From: a virus
Taxonomy: Duplodnaviria > Heunggongvirae > Uroviricota > Caudoviricetes
Strand: one strand, 5' to 3'
Virus record (IMG/VR): IMGVR_UViG_2877251553_000008
DNA length: 52,923 nucleotides
Positions within the stretch are counted from its first letter, which is position 1. Each line of letters begins with the position of its first letter. Position numbers and translations under genes: made by a program. Shown here piece by piece: positions 1 through 10,211 of this stretch. The notes beneath the pieces were generated by a model. It had not been told where the DNA came from. It worked only from the letters and a program-made list of their open reading frames with translations, and ran no database searches.

Positions 1-221
1 ACCCGCAAACCACACTTCCCTTTAAAACGCGTAACATACATTGCCTGCGTTTAACTTTCTTTGAACTCTTGCAGAAAAATGAGAATTCGTGAGTACAATC
101 ACTCAAAATCGCCTGGCAAAAATAAAATCACCCTATAAATGCACAAAAAACGGGCAAAACTACCTGGTTCGCAAAACTGCGTCTAAAGTTAAACCGGGAC
201 CTCGCGAGCAAGGGTGAGACG

Positions 222-289
222 ATGGCGCTTTACACAATTGGTGAAGTGGCGTTGCTTTGTGATATTAACCCTGTCACGTTACGCGCGTG
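222..289 (+). pseudogene. mlrA: mlrA (yehV) 5' fragment, truncated by prophage integration
   Basis: ATG at 222 encodes MALYTIGEVALLCDINPVTLRA, the MerR-type HTH N-terminus recalled for MlrA; the frame hits TGA at 288-290 where similarity ends, taken as the host/prophage junction. Confidence 0.6.
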
Positions 290-448
290 ACGCAACATTT
301 TTAAAAATCGACGAAGACCGTCCAGGAGCGCCGTTTTTCAAGGGTTGGATAGATGATTCGTTTACCATGTCGACGAACTTCGACGAATTTCGCCGATAAA
401 AAGTGTCCCATACATGCCCCATTGATGCCCCATAAACAATATCAGGAA

Positions 449-499
449 TTGACACTGGTTATCCATACAGATAAAAATAACACCTGTACATAACTACAG
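449..499 (+). promoter_or_regulatory. sigma70-like promoter with overlapping LexA (SOS) box for the dinI-like gene
   Basis: TTGACA at 449-454, 17-bp spacer, TAAAAA at 472-477; perfect SOS-box pattern CTGT-N8-ACAG (CTGTACATAACTACAG) at 484-499; AGGAGG at 503-508, ATG at 515. Confidence 0.75.
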
Positions 500-514
500 T
501 TACAGGAGGGTGTT

Positions 515-763
515 ATGCGTGTTGAGATCTGTATCGCTAAAGAAAAAATCACTAAAATGCCAAACGGTGCTGTGGATGCGTTAAAGGAAGAATTAACCCG
601 ACGCATCAGTAAACGTTATGACGATGTAGAGGTGATCGTAAAAGCCACCAGCAACGATGGCCTTTCTGTTACGCGCACCGCCGATAAAGATTCAGCTAAA
701 ACTTTTGTTCAGGAGACTCTGAAAGATACCTGGAAGTCTGCTGACGAGTGGTTTTTTCACTAA
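515..763 (+). CDS. dinI: DinI-family DNA damage-inducible protein
   Basis: 82-aa [14 protein letters not shown]...[11 protein letters not shown] matches the DinI family in length and conserved C-terminus (ETWxSADxWF); preceded by a LexA box. Confidence 0.85.
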   Translation: MRVEICIAKEKITKMPNGAVDALKEELTRRISKRYDDVEVIVKATSNDGLSVTRTADKDSAKTFVQETLKDTWKSADEWFFH

Positions 764-1079
764 TTAACACGTAAAATCGGTAACGGCTGGAAATCATTCA
801 ATACTCGCACTATCGAAAGTTCGCCAGCCAGCCGTGGCACGTTCTTGCATACGACGTGCTACGGTTTCATTCATCTCCGACCGGAAACTTCTTATACAAA
901 GTCGATACGCCAACATCATAGATGATCACCACCTTCTGGCGAGAAACTCCTGATGCAATTTGTCGTCCGGCCTGTGCCTATTGCTCCGGCGTGAGAGTAA
1001 TACAGTAAACTGTAGAAAAAGCCCATTAAACCTAATATAATAATAAGTTACAGAATTATCTTTACTGAATAATAGATAT

Positions 1080-1625
1080 ATGAATATTAGTGAACTTAAA
1101 AAGTGTATACACTATGAAGTAATAGGTTGTAAACGCCCTTTCTCCTGGCGAAAAGCAATTGTTCGCGCAATAAAACACAGAAGATCACGTTATTTATTTT
1201 GGTGGCGCATAGCAAAATATCTTTTTGATAAAGGCGGATACCGGCGAAAGATTGCAGGAAAAATAGAACGCTTCATTCTTGATAAATACAATGTAACCGT
1301 TCCCTTAACTGTAAATATTGGTAAAGGGTTCGACATATCTTATCTCAATGGCGTTGTTATCGGTCACAAAGTTACAATAGGTGAAAATTGTTCAATTAAG
1401 CCTGGGGTAACTATTGGACTTCGCGGTGAATTTAATGATATGGATATTGTCATAGGAAATAATGTAACCATTGGCTGTAACGCCACCATCCTTGGTGGCA
1501 AAGTGCATATAGGGAATAATGTAAAAATAGGAGCTCATGCATTGGTACTGCATGACATTCCTGATGACTCCACATTCATTACCAAATTTCACTCTGAAAT
1601 TATTTATAATTCATCTCACACATAA
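1080..1625 (+). CDS. hexapeptide-repeat (left-handed beta-helix) acetyltransferase, CysE/WcaB-like
   Basis: 181-aa ORF with tandem hexapeptide repeats (VIGHKVTIGENCSI, VIGNNVTIGCNATI, GNNVKIGAHALV); markedly AT-rich compared with flanking phage DNA. Confidence 0.7.
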   Translation: MNISELKKCIHYEVIGCKRPFSWRKAIVRAIKHRRSRYLFWWRIAKYLFDKGGYRRKIAGKIERFILDKYNVTVPLTVNIGKGFDISYLNGVVIGHKVTIGENCSIKPGVTIGLRGEFNDMDIVIGNNVTIGCNATILGGKVHIGNNVKIGAHALVLHDIPDDSTFITKFHSEIIYNSSHT

Positions 1626-1635
1626 TTCCGTTTAA

Positions 1636-1893
1636 TCACAGCTCAGGCCATACGATATCCGGGGCTGTATTTATATCAATCCGACTCACTAATACCCGGT
1701 ATTTATTCCATGCCTCCAGCAACGATCTTTCTTCCTCCGTTGCGATTTCCAGATCTACAGCATCCTGCAGTGGCGCAATATACTCACTGAATTCCTGGAT
1801 ATAGAACTGTGTGGTGACGGTCTTCCAGCCATTCGGCTCCTGCTGTATCGAAGCATACCAGGCTATTTCAATATCGCTATGCTGCGGCAGCAT
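1636..1893 (-). pseudogene. tfa: tail fibre assembly protein Tfa, C-terminal fragment
   Basis: 85-aa ORF ...[45 protein letters not shown] matches the lambda Tfa C-terminus; an in-frame stop lies immediately upstream of the first Met. Confidence 0.7.
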
Positions 1894-2117
1894 TTAACCC
1901 CTTGTAATTCATCGCCATAATTGATTTAATTCACAAATAAAACCATAACATGGTGAAATCAATGAAAAAAAACACAGATGATGGGGCTAAAATTTACACA
2001 CCACTTACCCTAAAGCTTTATGACTGGTGGGTTTTGGGAGTATCAAATCGGCTTGCATGGGGGGTGATGCTGCCAACTTACTGATTTAGTGTATGATGGT
2101 GTTTTTGAGGTGCTCCA

Positions 2118-2393
2118 GTGGCTTCTGTTTCTATCAGCTGTCCCTCCTGTTCAGCTACTGACGGGGTGGTGCGTAACGGCAAAAGCACTGCCGGACATCA
2201 GCGCTATCTCTGCTCTCACTGCCGTAAAACATGGCAACTGCAGTTCACTTACACCGCTTCTCAACCCGGTACGCACCAGAAAATTATTGATATGGCCATG
2301 AATGGCGTTGGATGCCGGGCAACTGCACGCATTATGGGCGTTAGCCTCAACACGATTTTACGTCACTTAAAAAACTCAGGCCGCAGTCGGTAA
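2118..2393 (+). CDS. insA: IS1 InsA
   Basis: 91-aa [46 protein letters not shown]... Confidence 0.95.
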   Translation: MASVSISCPSCSATDGVVRNGKSTAGHQRYLCSHCRKTWQLQFTYTASQPGTHQKIIDMAMNGVGCRATARIMGVSLNTILRHLKNSGRSR

Positions 2394-2815
2394 CCTCGCG
2401 CATACAGCCGGGCAGTGACGTCATCGTCTGCGCGGAAATGGACGAACAGTGGGGATACGTCGGGGCTAAATCGCGCCAGCGCTGGCTGTTTTACGCGTAT
2501 GACAGGCTCCGGAAGACGGTTGTTGCGCACGTATTCGGTGAACGCACTATGGCGACGCTGGGGCGTCTTATGAGCTTGCTGTCACCCTTTGAAGTGGTGA
2601 TATGGATGACGGATGGCTGGCCACTGTATGAATCCCGCCTGAAGGGAAAGCTGCACGTAATCAGCAAGCGATATACGCAGCGAATTGAGCGGCATAACCT
2701 GAATCTGAGGCAGCACCTGGCACGGCTGGGACGGAAGTCGCTGTCGTTCTCAAAATCGGTGGAGCTGCATGACAAAGTCATCGGGCATTATCTGAACATA
2801 AAACACTATCAATAA
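2312..2815 (+). CDS. insB: IS1 InsB (made as InsAB' by -1 frameshift at A6C)
   Basis: C-terminal part ...[22 protein letters not shown]...HYLNIKHYQ; start coordinate approximate. Confidence 0.85.
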
Positions 2816-3261
2816 GTTGGAGTCATTACCTGCATGGGGATGTCCTACAAAGGAACACCTTCTTCCACACTTTCTGGAACATGTAGGTAACAACCATCTG
2901 GATATTGGTGTTGGAACTGGGTTTTACCTTACTCACGTACCTGAGAGTAGTCTGATATCTTTAATGGATTTGAACGAAGCTAGTCTGAACGCGGCATCTA
3001 CAAGGGCTGGGGAATCAAAAATTAAACATAAAATTAGCCATGATGTTTTTGAACCTTATCCCGCGGCGTTACATGGTCAATTTGATTCCATTTCCATGTT
3101 TTACCTTCTTCACTGCCTGCCTGGAAATATATCTACAAAAAGCTGTGTAATACGCAATGCGGCGCAGGCGTAAGCGTACAGCCTGAACCGTCTGGTCAGA
3201 ATCTGACGAATTAGACAAAGTGGTGTCCACCAAATAAGTAGTGGGAACCAAAGTGTCAGAT

Positions 3262-3641
3262 ATGCAGAAAAATGTGAATCCCGGCAGGCGAAAAGGCTGC
3301 CCTAATTATCCTCCCGAATTTAAACAGCAGCTCGTTGCTGCCTCCTGTGAACCCGGGATATCCATCTCAAAACTTGCTCTGAAAATGGCATTAACGCCAA
3401 TCTGTTGTTCAAATGGCGACAACAATGGCGCGAGGGAAAGCTGCTATTACCTTCTTCAGAGAGCCCCCAGCTACTTCCTGTGACTCTCGATGCAGCTGCC
3501 GAACAGCCAGAATCGCTCGCAGAGGATCCGGAAACCCTCAGTATCAGCTGTGAGGTAACGTTCCGGCACGGGACGCTCCGCTTCAATGGCAATGTCAGCG
3601 AAAAGCTCCTGACTCTGCTGATACAGGAACTGAAGCGATGA
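3262..3641 (+). pseudogene. IS66-family orfA (TnpA), frameshifted
   Basis: Two overlapping frames (3241..3483 and 3405..3641) together give ...PEFKQQLVAASCEPGISISKLAL / FKWRQQWREGKLLLP...; one base missing near 3380-3385. Confidence 0.7.
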
Positions 3642-3985
3642 TCCCGTTACCTTCCGGGACCAAAATTTGGCTGGTTGCCGGTATCACCGATATGAGAAAT
3701 GGCTTCAACGGCCTGGCGGCAAAGGTGCAGACGACGCTGAAAGACGCTCCGATGTCAGGTCACGTTTTTATCTTCCGTGGGCGTAATGGCAGTCAGGTAA
3801 AGCTCCTCTGGTCTACCGGCGATGGACTGTGTCTGCTGACCAAACGGCTGGAGCGCGGCCGCTTCGCCTGGCCGTCAGCCCGGGATGGCAAAGTGTTCCT
3901 CACACCGGCACAGCTGGCGATGCTCCTTGAAGGTATCGGCTGGCGGCAGCCTAAAAGACTGCTTACGTCCCTGACTATGTTGTAA
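3638..3985 (+). CDS. IS66-family orfB (TnpB)
   Basis: 115-aa ORF MIPLPSGTKIWLVAGITDMRNGFNGLAAKV..., start overlaps the orfA stop (ATGA). Confidence 0.8.
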   Translation: MIPLPSGTKIWLVAGITDMRNGFNGLAAKVQTTLKDAPMSGHVFIFRGRNGSQVKLLWSTGDGLCLLTKRLERGRFAWPSARDGKVFLTPAQLAMLLEGIGWRQPKRLLTSLTML

Positions 3986-4033
3986 GCCTCTTTATCCTGG
4001 TCGACGCTGAATGAGCCTGGTAATATACCCGGT

Positions 4034-5572
4034 ATGAGCAGCTCACTTCCTGACGATATCAATGCACTGAAACGTCTCCTTGCCGAACAGGAGGCGCTGA
4101 ACCGTGCCCTGCTGGAAAAGCTGAACGAGCGTGAACGCGAAATAGACCATCTGCAGGCACAGCTGGATAAGCTGCGCCGGACGAACTTCGGCAGCCGCTC
4201 CGAAAAAGTCTCCCGTCGTATCGCACAGATGGAAGCTGACCTGAAGGCACTTCAGAAAGAAAGTGATACCCTTACCGGTCGGGTTGACGACCCGGCCGTG
4301 CAGCGCCCGCTGCGTCAAACCCGCACCCGCAAACCGTTCCCCGAATCACTCCCCCGCGATGAAAAACGGCTGCTGCCGGCAGCGTCATGCTGCCCGGAAT
4401 GTGGAGGCTCACTGAGCTATCCGGGTGAGGATGCCGCCGAACAGCTGGAGTTGATGCGCAGCGTCTTCCGGGTTATCCGGACTGTACGTGAAAAGCATGC
4501 CTGTACTCAGTGCGATGCCATCGTGCAGGCCCCCGCGCCTTCACGGCCCATCGAGCGGGGTATCGCAGGACCGGGGCTGCTGGCCCGCGTGCTGATCTCA
4601 AAGTATGCAGAGCACACCCCGCTGTACCGCCAGTCTGAAATGTACGGCCGCCAGGGCGTGGAGCTGAGTCGTTCACTGCTGTCGGGCTGGGTGGATGCAT
4701 GCTGCCGGCTACTGTCACCGCTGGAAGAAGCGCTTCAGGACTATGTGCTGACTGACGGTAAGCTCCATGCTGATGACACGCCTGTCCCGGTGCTGTTGCC
4801 AGGCAATAAGAAAACGAAGACCGGGCGGTTATGGACCTACGTTCGTGACGACCGTAACGCCGGGTCAACGCTGGCGCCGGCGGTGTGGTTCGCTTACAGC
4901 CCGGACAGAAAAGGCATCCATCCGCAGACCCATCTTGCGGGGTTCAGTGGTGTACTGCAGGCGGATGCATACGCCGGGTTCAACGAGCTGTACCGGGATG
5001 GCCGGATAACGGAAGCCGCCTGTTGGGCTCACGCCCGCCGTAAAATCCACGATGTGCACGTTCGCACCCCGTCAGCCCTGACGGAGGAAGCGCTGAAACG
5101 GATCGGCGAACTGTACGCCATCGAGGCAGAGATAAGGGGAATGACGGCGGAGCAGCGCCTTGCCGAACGTCAGTTGAAAACGAAACCGCTGCTGAAATCC
5201 CTGGAAAGCTGGCTGCGTGAAAAGATGAAAACCCTGTCGCGACACTCAGAACTGGCGAAAGCGTTCGCATACGCCCTGAACCAGTGGCCGGCGCTGACGT
5301 ACTATGCAGATGATGGCTGGGCTGAGGCGGACAATAACATCGCTGAAAATGCGTTGCGGATGGTCAGTCTGGGCCGCAAAAACTACCTGTTCTTCGGTTC
5401 GGATCATGGAGGAGAGCGGGGAGCGCTGCTGTACAGCCTGATCGGGACGTGCAAACTGAACGGAGTGGAGCCAGAAAGCTACCTCCGCTATGTACTTGAC
5501 GTCATAGCCGACTGGCCGATAAACCGGGTCGGCGAACTGCTCCCCTGGCGCGTAGCACTGCCGACTGAATAA
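4034..5572 (+). CDS. IS66-family transposase (orfC)
   Basis: 512-aa ORF with N-terminal coiled-coil and zinc-finger Cys pairs (CCPECG...CTQC), typical of IS66 TnpC. Confidence 0.85.
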   Translation: MSSSLPDDINALKRLLAEQEALNRALLEKLNEREREIDHLQAQLDKLRRTNFGSRSEKVSRRIAQMEADLKALQKESDTLTGRVDDPAVQRPLRQTRTRKPFPESLPRDEKRLLPAASCCPECGGSLSYPGEDAAEQLELMRSVFRVIRTVREKHACTQCDAIVQAPAPSRPIERGIAGPGLLARVLISKYAEHTPLYRQSEMYGRQGVELSRSLLSGWVDACCRLLSPLEEALQDYVLTDGKLHADDTPVPVLLPGNKKTKTGRLWTYVRDDRNAGSTLAPAVWFAYSPDRKGIHPQTHLAGFSGVLQADAYAGFNELYRDGRITEAACWAHARRKIHDVHVRTPSALTEEALKRIGELYAIEAEIRGMTAEQRLAERQLKTKPLLKSLESWLREKMKTLSRHSELAKAFAYALNQWPALTYYADDGWAEADNNIAENALRMVSLGRKNYLFFGSDHGGERGALLYSLIGTCKLNGVEPESYLRYVLDVIADWPINRVGELLPWRVALPTE

Positions 5573-5609
5573 CACATCCCCGTCAATACGGTTCTTGCTG
5601 CACGCTTAC

Positions 5610-5857
5610 AACTGTTACGACAACGCTCCGATGGAAAGCTTCTGGGGAACGCTGAAAAATGAGAGCCTGAGCCACTATCGTTTTAATAACCGGGATGAAG
5701 CCATCTCAGTAATACGGGAATACATTGAGATTTTCTACAATCGTCAGCGTCGTCACTCTCGTCTGGGGAATATCTCCCCGGCAGCCTTCAGGGAAAAATA
5801 TCATCAGATGGCTGCTTAAAAAAAGAACAAATGGTAGTGTCCGCTATTGCCAGTACA
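5610..5857 (+). mobile_element. IS3-family element, 3'-terminal fragment (orfB C-terminus plus right inverted repeat)
   Basis: In-frame ...NCYDNAPMESFWGTLKNE...YNRQRRHSRLGNISPAAF (end of a DDE transposase) ending 5819; terminal repeat GGTAGTGTCCGCTATTGCCAGTACA at 5833-5857; 5' part replaced by the IS66-family element. Confidence 0.7.
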
Positions 5858-6538
5858 CCTCATGTGGTTTGGGTTCGTAGTCGCTCTGAACTTGCGTTTC
5901 TGCTTACAGCGTAGCCTTAGCTCCTTACGAAGACGTGCCAGTCGGTCACGACCAACGATGATGCCATTCTCTGCCAGCTCCGTCTGGAGCCGCCGGGTTC
6001 CATATGTTTCGCGAGTGCGGATATGTGCCACCTTAATCTCCAGTTTTAGCCGCTCATCACTTTGTTTTCTGTCTGAGGGTTCATGCTGTACCCAGTTGTA
6101 ATAACCGCTCCTGGATACACCAAATACCTGACACATCGCTTCAATGGGAAATTGTTGTCGCCATTGTTCGATTAACGCGTATTTTTCAGCGACTCCTGTG
6201 CAAAATACGCTGTTGCTTTTTTTAATATATCTCGCTCAAGGCGAGCTTCATTTAACGCCTTACGCAGTTGCAGAATTTCAGATTCCAGTTCAGCCACCGT
6301 GCGGGAACCAGGAGTACCGAGCCCTTTTCTGGCGGCGGTAACCCATTGTCCTAAAGTGCCTTCAGGAAGGGATAATCGGGAAGCGCCTTCACTGATCGAA
6401 AGTTGATTTTCAAGAACCGTTCTGACAGCTTCGGCTTTGAACTCTTTAGAGTAACGTTGGTTTTTTCTGCTCATTATTAGCTCCTTCTGATGCCATTCTA
6501 TTTCAGGAAGGAGTGTCCGTTAAACTCAGGCTACCTCA
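5858..6538 (-). mobile_element. IS3-family element (IS600-like), 5' fragment with orfA and the first ~95 codons of orfB
   Basis: orfA at 6172..6474 (MSRKNQRYSKEFKAEAVRTVLENQLSISEGASRLSLPEG...); orfB N-terminus MCQVFGVSRSGYYNW... loses similarity at 5858 where the opposite-strand fragment abuts; left end ...CTACCTCA at 6538. Confidence 0.7.
6172..6474 (-). CDS. IS3-family orfA (IS600-like)
   Basis: 100-aa ORF with HTH and leucine-zipper-like C-terminus (ELESEILQLRKALNEARLERDILKKATAYFA). Confidence 0.8.
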   Translation of the reverse strand: MSRKNQRYSKEFKAEAVRTVLENQLSISEGASRLSLPEGTLGQWVTAARKGLGTPGSRTVAELESEILQLRKALNEARLERDILKKATAYFAQESLKNTR

Positions 6539-6587
6539 GTTCAACGGTTTTTGGATTACCTGCGACAATGTTTTTTAAATGCTGCAT
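6539..6587 (-). pseudogene. tfa: tfa 5' fragment (first 16 codons), cut by the IS3-family fragment
   Basis: ATG 3 nt downstream of the stf stop encodes MQHLKNIVAGNPKTVE, a Tfa-type N-terminus, then runs into the IS end at 6538. Confidence 0.55.
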
Positions 6588-6589
6588 GA

Positions 6590-9394
6590 TTATACCTGCG
6601 ATACGTTATACCATGTTCCGTTAATTAACTTTTGTATTGGTCTGAATACTGCCGGATCATCACCATCGACTTCACCGATAATACCAAGCCCCGTGATTAC
6701 ATGGCCTGATTTTTCATACATCACGCCTTTCTTCATGGTCTGAACAACTCGTGTGCCAAGTCTGACATCTCTCACATAGCGGGAATCAAAGTTACCGTAA
6801 TCCGAGGGATTAACACGTCCCGTAATATTTATGGTTTTATTACTTTGAATGCTTCCGGAGACAAAGCGCATAACATGGACGTTATTAGCATAAACATCCA
6901 GATTACCATCGCCATTTTGTTTAAAGCCCGTATCATTATCACCCAATACAATCGAATTACCGCCAAGAGCACTGGCTGTTCCGATACCCAGTGCACCATT
7001 CAGTTGACCACCAGATAACGGCAGTGCACCAACATCTCCTGCTGAAGGTTTTCTGGTGGTGGTGTAAAATTCGGACCAGTCGGCTTCAAAACCATAACCA
7101 TCACGGGCTGAACGATAAAAAATACCGCCATTTTTATAATTAATCCGAAACTGAGCTGCAGGACAACTTCCTTCTCCCATATAAAAATGAATAATTAACG
7201 TTGATGCACCTCTAATAGTTGCGTTATAGGCTCCGCTACTCCAGTTCCATCCAACTGCTTTATCATTCGCAACGGTGCTTCCTGTTTTCCCTAAGGCAAA
7301 CGCACCAACATGACTTGCTTTTAATGTGATATCGGAGGAACCATCAAAAGCCACATTGCTTATTTTCCTGGCAGTTTTTAATTTTGCAGCTGTAGAAGCA
7401 TTGCCGGATAGTTCACCAGAAAGGCCACCGCTGAATGTTTGTCGATTAGTCCAGGTATTCGCTGTACTGAGTAACGGTATTTTCTCCCCGCTTGTGCCGA
7501 GTTCTCGTAAACCGAGGTATTCGATAACGGCAGCAACAGTCGATTTCGCAAGAATATCCCGCCCGACTTTTGTCAGGGTTGCCAGGCTGGCGACATCATT
7601 CCCCGTAAAATACGGAAACTTGTCTGCCGCAGTAGTAAGCCCGGCCAGCGCCGTCAGGGTGGCATCTTTCGGTTGCTTACCCGCAAGCGCGTTAGTCATG
7701 GTGGTCGCAAAATTCGGGTCGTTTCCCAGCGCCGCCGCTAACTCGTTCAGCGTATTCAGTGCGTCAGGTGACGAATCTACAAGGGCGGCAATCGCAGCCA
7801 TAACGAAAGCCGTGCTTGCGATTTGGATATTATTCGTTCCCTGTCGCGCAGTTGGTGTTGTTGGCGTTCCGGTCAGTGCAGGACTATTTAAGGGCGCTTT
7901 CTTGTTCGTTTCACCCATTACCGCCTTAACCGCTTTTGGCGTTGCCGCCAGTGACTCGGAAGTGCTGTTGGTCGCACTGCTGAGCTGTACTATCCCCTTT
8001 TTCGTCGTGCTCGCATCCTCCAGCGCCACGGCGGATGCAATATCCTCTGCCCGTTTTGCTGCTGTCTCGGCGCGCGTTGCCGCGGATTCCGCCGTACTTT
8101 TGCTCTGAGCTGCCGCCGTCGCACTACCAGCTGCCTCTGATGCTTTCATTGTTGCTGTCGTGGCACTACCTTTCGCTGCTGACGCTTGTCTGGTCGCCTC
8201 ATCTTTTGAAGCAGACGCAGATGATGCCGATGACGCCGCTGAACTGGCTGACGATGCGGCAGCCGCCTTAGAGGAAGCAGCATTGTCTGCTGAAGTCTTT
8301 GCATTTGTTTCAGAGGTTTTTGCTGCAGAAGCAGACCTCGCTGCTGCAGTGGCTTGCTCAGTGGCTTTGCCAGCCTTCGTTGTGGCTGTTGAAGCGGATG
8401 ATGCGGCGCTTTCTGCCGATTTTCCGGCGGCGCTAGCACTGGCTGAGGCCTGCCCGGCACTTGTTGACGCGGCACTGGCAGACGACGCAGCCGCTGTTTT
8501 TGAGCCTGCCGCAGCTGAGGCGCTCTGTCCCGCTGCTGTTTCAGAAGACTTAGCGTTCGTCTCGGACGTTTTTGCCGCCTTCGCGGAATTTCCTGCCACC
8601 GTTGCCGAGGAAGCTGCACTACTGGCACTTGATGATGCATTCGTTTCTGAAGATTTCGCTGCCTCTTTTGAAGCCGCCGCACCCCGTGCCGAGGTGGCAG
8701 CTTCTGACGCCTTCGTGGTCGCTGTGGATGCAGAAGTGGCTGCCGATTTTTGTGATGCTGCGGCATTCGTTTCTGACGTTTTCGCGGCACTGGCGCTGGT
8801 AGCTGCCGCGCTTTTTGATGACTCTGCAGCAGCAGCACTTTTTGCTGCTTCACGGGCCTTTGTCGATGCCGTTCCTGCGCTGGAAGACGCTGACTGAGCC
8901 GACGACGCGGCCTGTCCGGCTGACGTGCTTGCGGCACGTGCTGAGGCTGCAGCATCGGTTGCATGAGTTGCCGCCTCGCTGGCTGATGCACTGGCATCGC
9001 TGGCTGATTTTTTCGCGGCTGCCGTATTCTGTGCAACCGCGGAGGCGTTACGTGACACCTCTTCCACCATCTGCTCAAAGCGGCGCAGTGCCTCCGGTCG
9101 GACATCATCCTCCGTCATGGCACCGAGAAAATCATTTAGCGTACCTGGTCTGGAACCTTCATAGACGGTAATGGTCCCGGCATGTGAAGGCGGAAAACCT
9201 TCAACCAGCAGGGTGACGCTGTACTGACCATGCTCAACATCCATGCTGTAACGTCCGGCTTCATCCGGATTTTCAGAGGCCACCGTGTTCACCACCACCG
9301 TGCTGCTGGTTCGTCTGGCCTTCAGCACAATGGTGCAGTTCTGTACTGGTTTTCCTGTGCCATCTTTAAGCACGCCAGAAATTTTTACTGTCAT
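6590..9394 (-). CDS. stf: side tail fibre protein Stf
   Basis: N-terminus MTVKISGVLKDGTGKPVQNCTI... matches lambda Stf; long Ala/Ser-rich repeat region; ATG at 9394 preferred over the TTG used by the ORF track. Confidence 0.9.
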   Translation of the reverse strand: MTVKISGVLKDGTGKPVQNCTIVLKARRTSSTVVVNTVASENPDEAGRYSMDVEHGQYSVTLLVEGFPPSHAGTITVYEGSRPGTLNDFLGAMTEDDVRPEALRRFEQMVEEVSRNASAVAQNTAAAKKSASDASASASEAATHATDAAASARAASTSAGQAASSAQSASSSAGTASTKAREAAKSAAAAESSKSAAATSASAAKTSETNAAASQKSAATSASTATTKASEAATSARGAAASKEAAKSSETNASSSASSAASSATVAGNSAKAAKTSETNAKSSETAAGQSASAAAGSKTAAASSASAASTSAGQASASASAAGKSAESAASSASTATTKAGKATEQATAAARSASAAKTSETNAKTSADNAASSKAAAASSASSAASSASSASASKDEATRQASAAKGSATTATMKASEAAGSATAAAQSKSTAESAATRAETAAKRAEDIASAVALEDASTTKKGIVQLSSATNSTSESLAATPKAVKAVMGETNKKAPLNSPALTGTPTTPTARQGTNNIQIASTAFVMAAIAALVDSSPDALNTLNELAAALGNDPNFATTMTNALAGKQPKDATLTALAGLTTAADKFPYFTGNDVASLATLTKVGRDILAKSTVAAVIEYLGLRELGTSGEKIPLLSTANTWTNRQTFSGGLSGELSGNASTAAKLKTARKISNVAFDGSSDITLKASHVGAFALGKTGSTVANDKAVGWNWSSGAYNATIRGASTLIIHFYMGEGSCPAAQFRINYKNGGIFYRSARDGYGFEADWSEFYTTTRKPSAGDVGALPLSGGQLNGALGIGTASALGGNSIVLGDNDTGFKQNGDGNLDVYANNVHVMRFVSGSIQSNKTINITGRVNPSDYGNFDSRYVRDVRLGTRVVQTMKKGVMYEKSGHVITGLGIIGEVDGDDPAVFRPIQKLINGTWYNVSQV

Positions 9395-9411
9395 ACTTTC
9401 CACCAATAAAA

Positions 9412-9440
9412 AAAGCCCGCAGCAGTGACGCCACGGGCTT
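9412..9440 (-). terminator. putative intrinsic terminator downstream of lom
   Basis: Minus-strand hairpin AGCCCG...CGGGCT followed by a T7 tract; the loop is long (~14 nt), so strength is uncertain. Confidence 0.4.
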
Positions 9441-9544
9441 CAGGACAGTGTAACTTTACGTTTCCTCAAACGCAGTTCACCCCATAAGGTGGATGAACCT
9501 GCGTATCATAACAATATTTACAGAAGATAAATCGGCGTCTGTTG

Positions 9545-10144
9545 TCAGAAACGGTATCCGATACCAACAATAAATGCATCCGTTCGCCAGTCGCCACTAC
9601 CGGAACCTTCATAAGCAAGGTCAACGGCCACGGATTCGGTCGGGTTAAACTGCACGCCAGCCCCCCACGCCAGAGAGGTATTGCTGTGGCGACCGTCATC
9701 ACTTCCGGTCAGCACGTCGTGCGTTTTCCCCTTGTTGTCAGTTACGCGGAGATAATCCCCGGAGAAAGTCGACACACGGCTGTAAGCCACACCCGCCATC
9801 GCATACGCGCTGAACCATTCATTCACGCGTACAGACGGCCCCGCCATCACACTGAACCAGCGGTTACGCACGGAATCTTCATGCCAGCGGGTATCGCTGT
9901 AGCGCGTTTTTTGCTCATCCTCAGCATTGGCATAACTGAAGGACGTAATCAGCCCCAGCGCGTCCGTAAACTCATAACGGTATTTCACGTTAATCCCGTT
10001 CAGATCATCACTACCGGGAACGTTCGTCGAGGCATGGAGATACCCCGCGCTCAGCGTGGACTGATGTTCTGCTGCACTCGCTGGCGTAGCAGCGGCGACC
10101 TGCCAGACTACTGCGGACAAAATAACAGCACATAATTTACGCAT
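9545..10144 (-). CDS. lom: Lom/Ail-family outer-membrane protein
   Basis: 199-aa ORF with signal peptide and C-terminal ...AFIVGIGYRF beta-barrel terminus; lambda-type position between J and stf. Confidence 0.9.
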   Translation of the reverse strand: MRKLCAVILSAVVWQVAAATPASAAEHQSTLSAGYLHASTNVPGSDDLNGINVKYRYEFTDALGLITSFSYANAEDEQKTRYSDTRWHEDSVRNRWFSVMAGPSVRVNEWFSAYAMAGVAYSRVSTFSGDYLRVTDNKGKTHDVLTGSDDGRHSNTSLAWGAGVQFNPTESVAVDLAYEGSGSGDWRTDAFIVGIGYRF

Positions 10145-10211
10145 AATTACCTCTCGCTTTTCTGCAATAAAAAAGGCGCCATTTCTGGCGCCCGTATCTG
10201 GGTTATAAAAT

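Larger units (their letters stand above)
2063..2830 (+). mobile_element. IS1 (768 bp), copy A, with 9-bp target duplication TGCATGGGG
   Basis: Terminal repeats GGTGATGCTGCCAACTTACTGAT ... ATCAATAAGTTGGAGTCATTACC; identical 9 bp at 2054-2062 and 2831-2839. Confidence 0.95.
1962..3169 (+). pseudogene. class I SAM-dependent methyltransferase, interrupted by IS1 and 3'-truncated by the IS66-family element
   Basis: Reading 1962..2062 joined to 2831.. gives one in-frame protein MKKNTDDGAKIYTPLTLKLYDWWVLGVSNRLAWGCPTKEHLLPH...LDIGVGTGFY (motif I GxGxG); the terminal TAA is supplied by the IS66-family inverted repeat. Confidence 0.65.
3170..5609 (+). mobile_element. IS66-family insertion sequence (ISEc8/ISSfl3-like, ~2.44 kb), no target duplication
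   Basis: Imperfect inverted repeats GTAAGCGTACAGCC.. (3170) and ..GCTGCACGCTTAC (to 5609); three-ORF IS66 layout; flanking 8-mers differ. Confidence 0.8.

Noticed and set aside
214-399. 61-aa ORF at the window start
   Set aside because: It is an out-of-frame run overlapping the mlrA 5' fragment and the host/prophage junction; the mlrA frame (ATG 222) is the supported reading.
7326-9108. Several long ORFs in both strands inside stf (7326..8108, 8160..8897, 8146..9108) and apparent tandem repeats
   Set aside because: The Ala/Ser-rich repeat region of stf keeps alternative frames open; the repeats are coding low-complexity sequence, not CRISPR or satellite.
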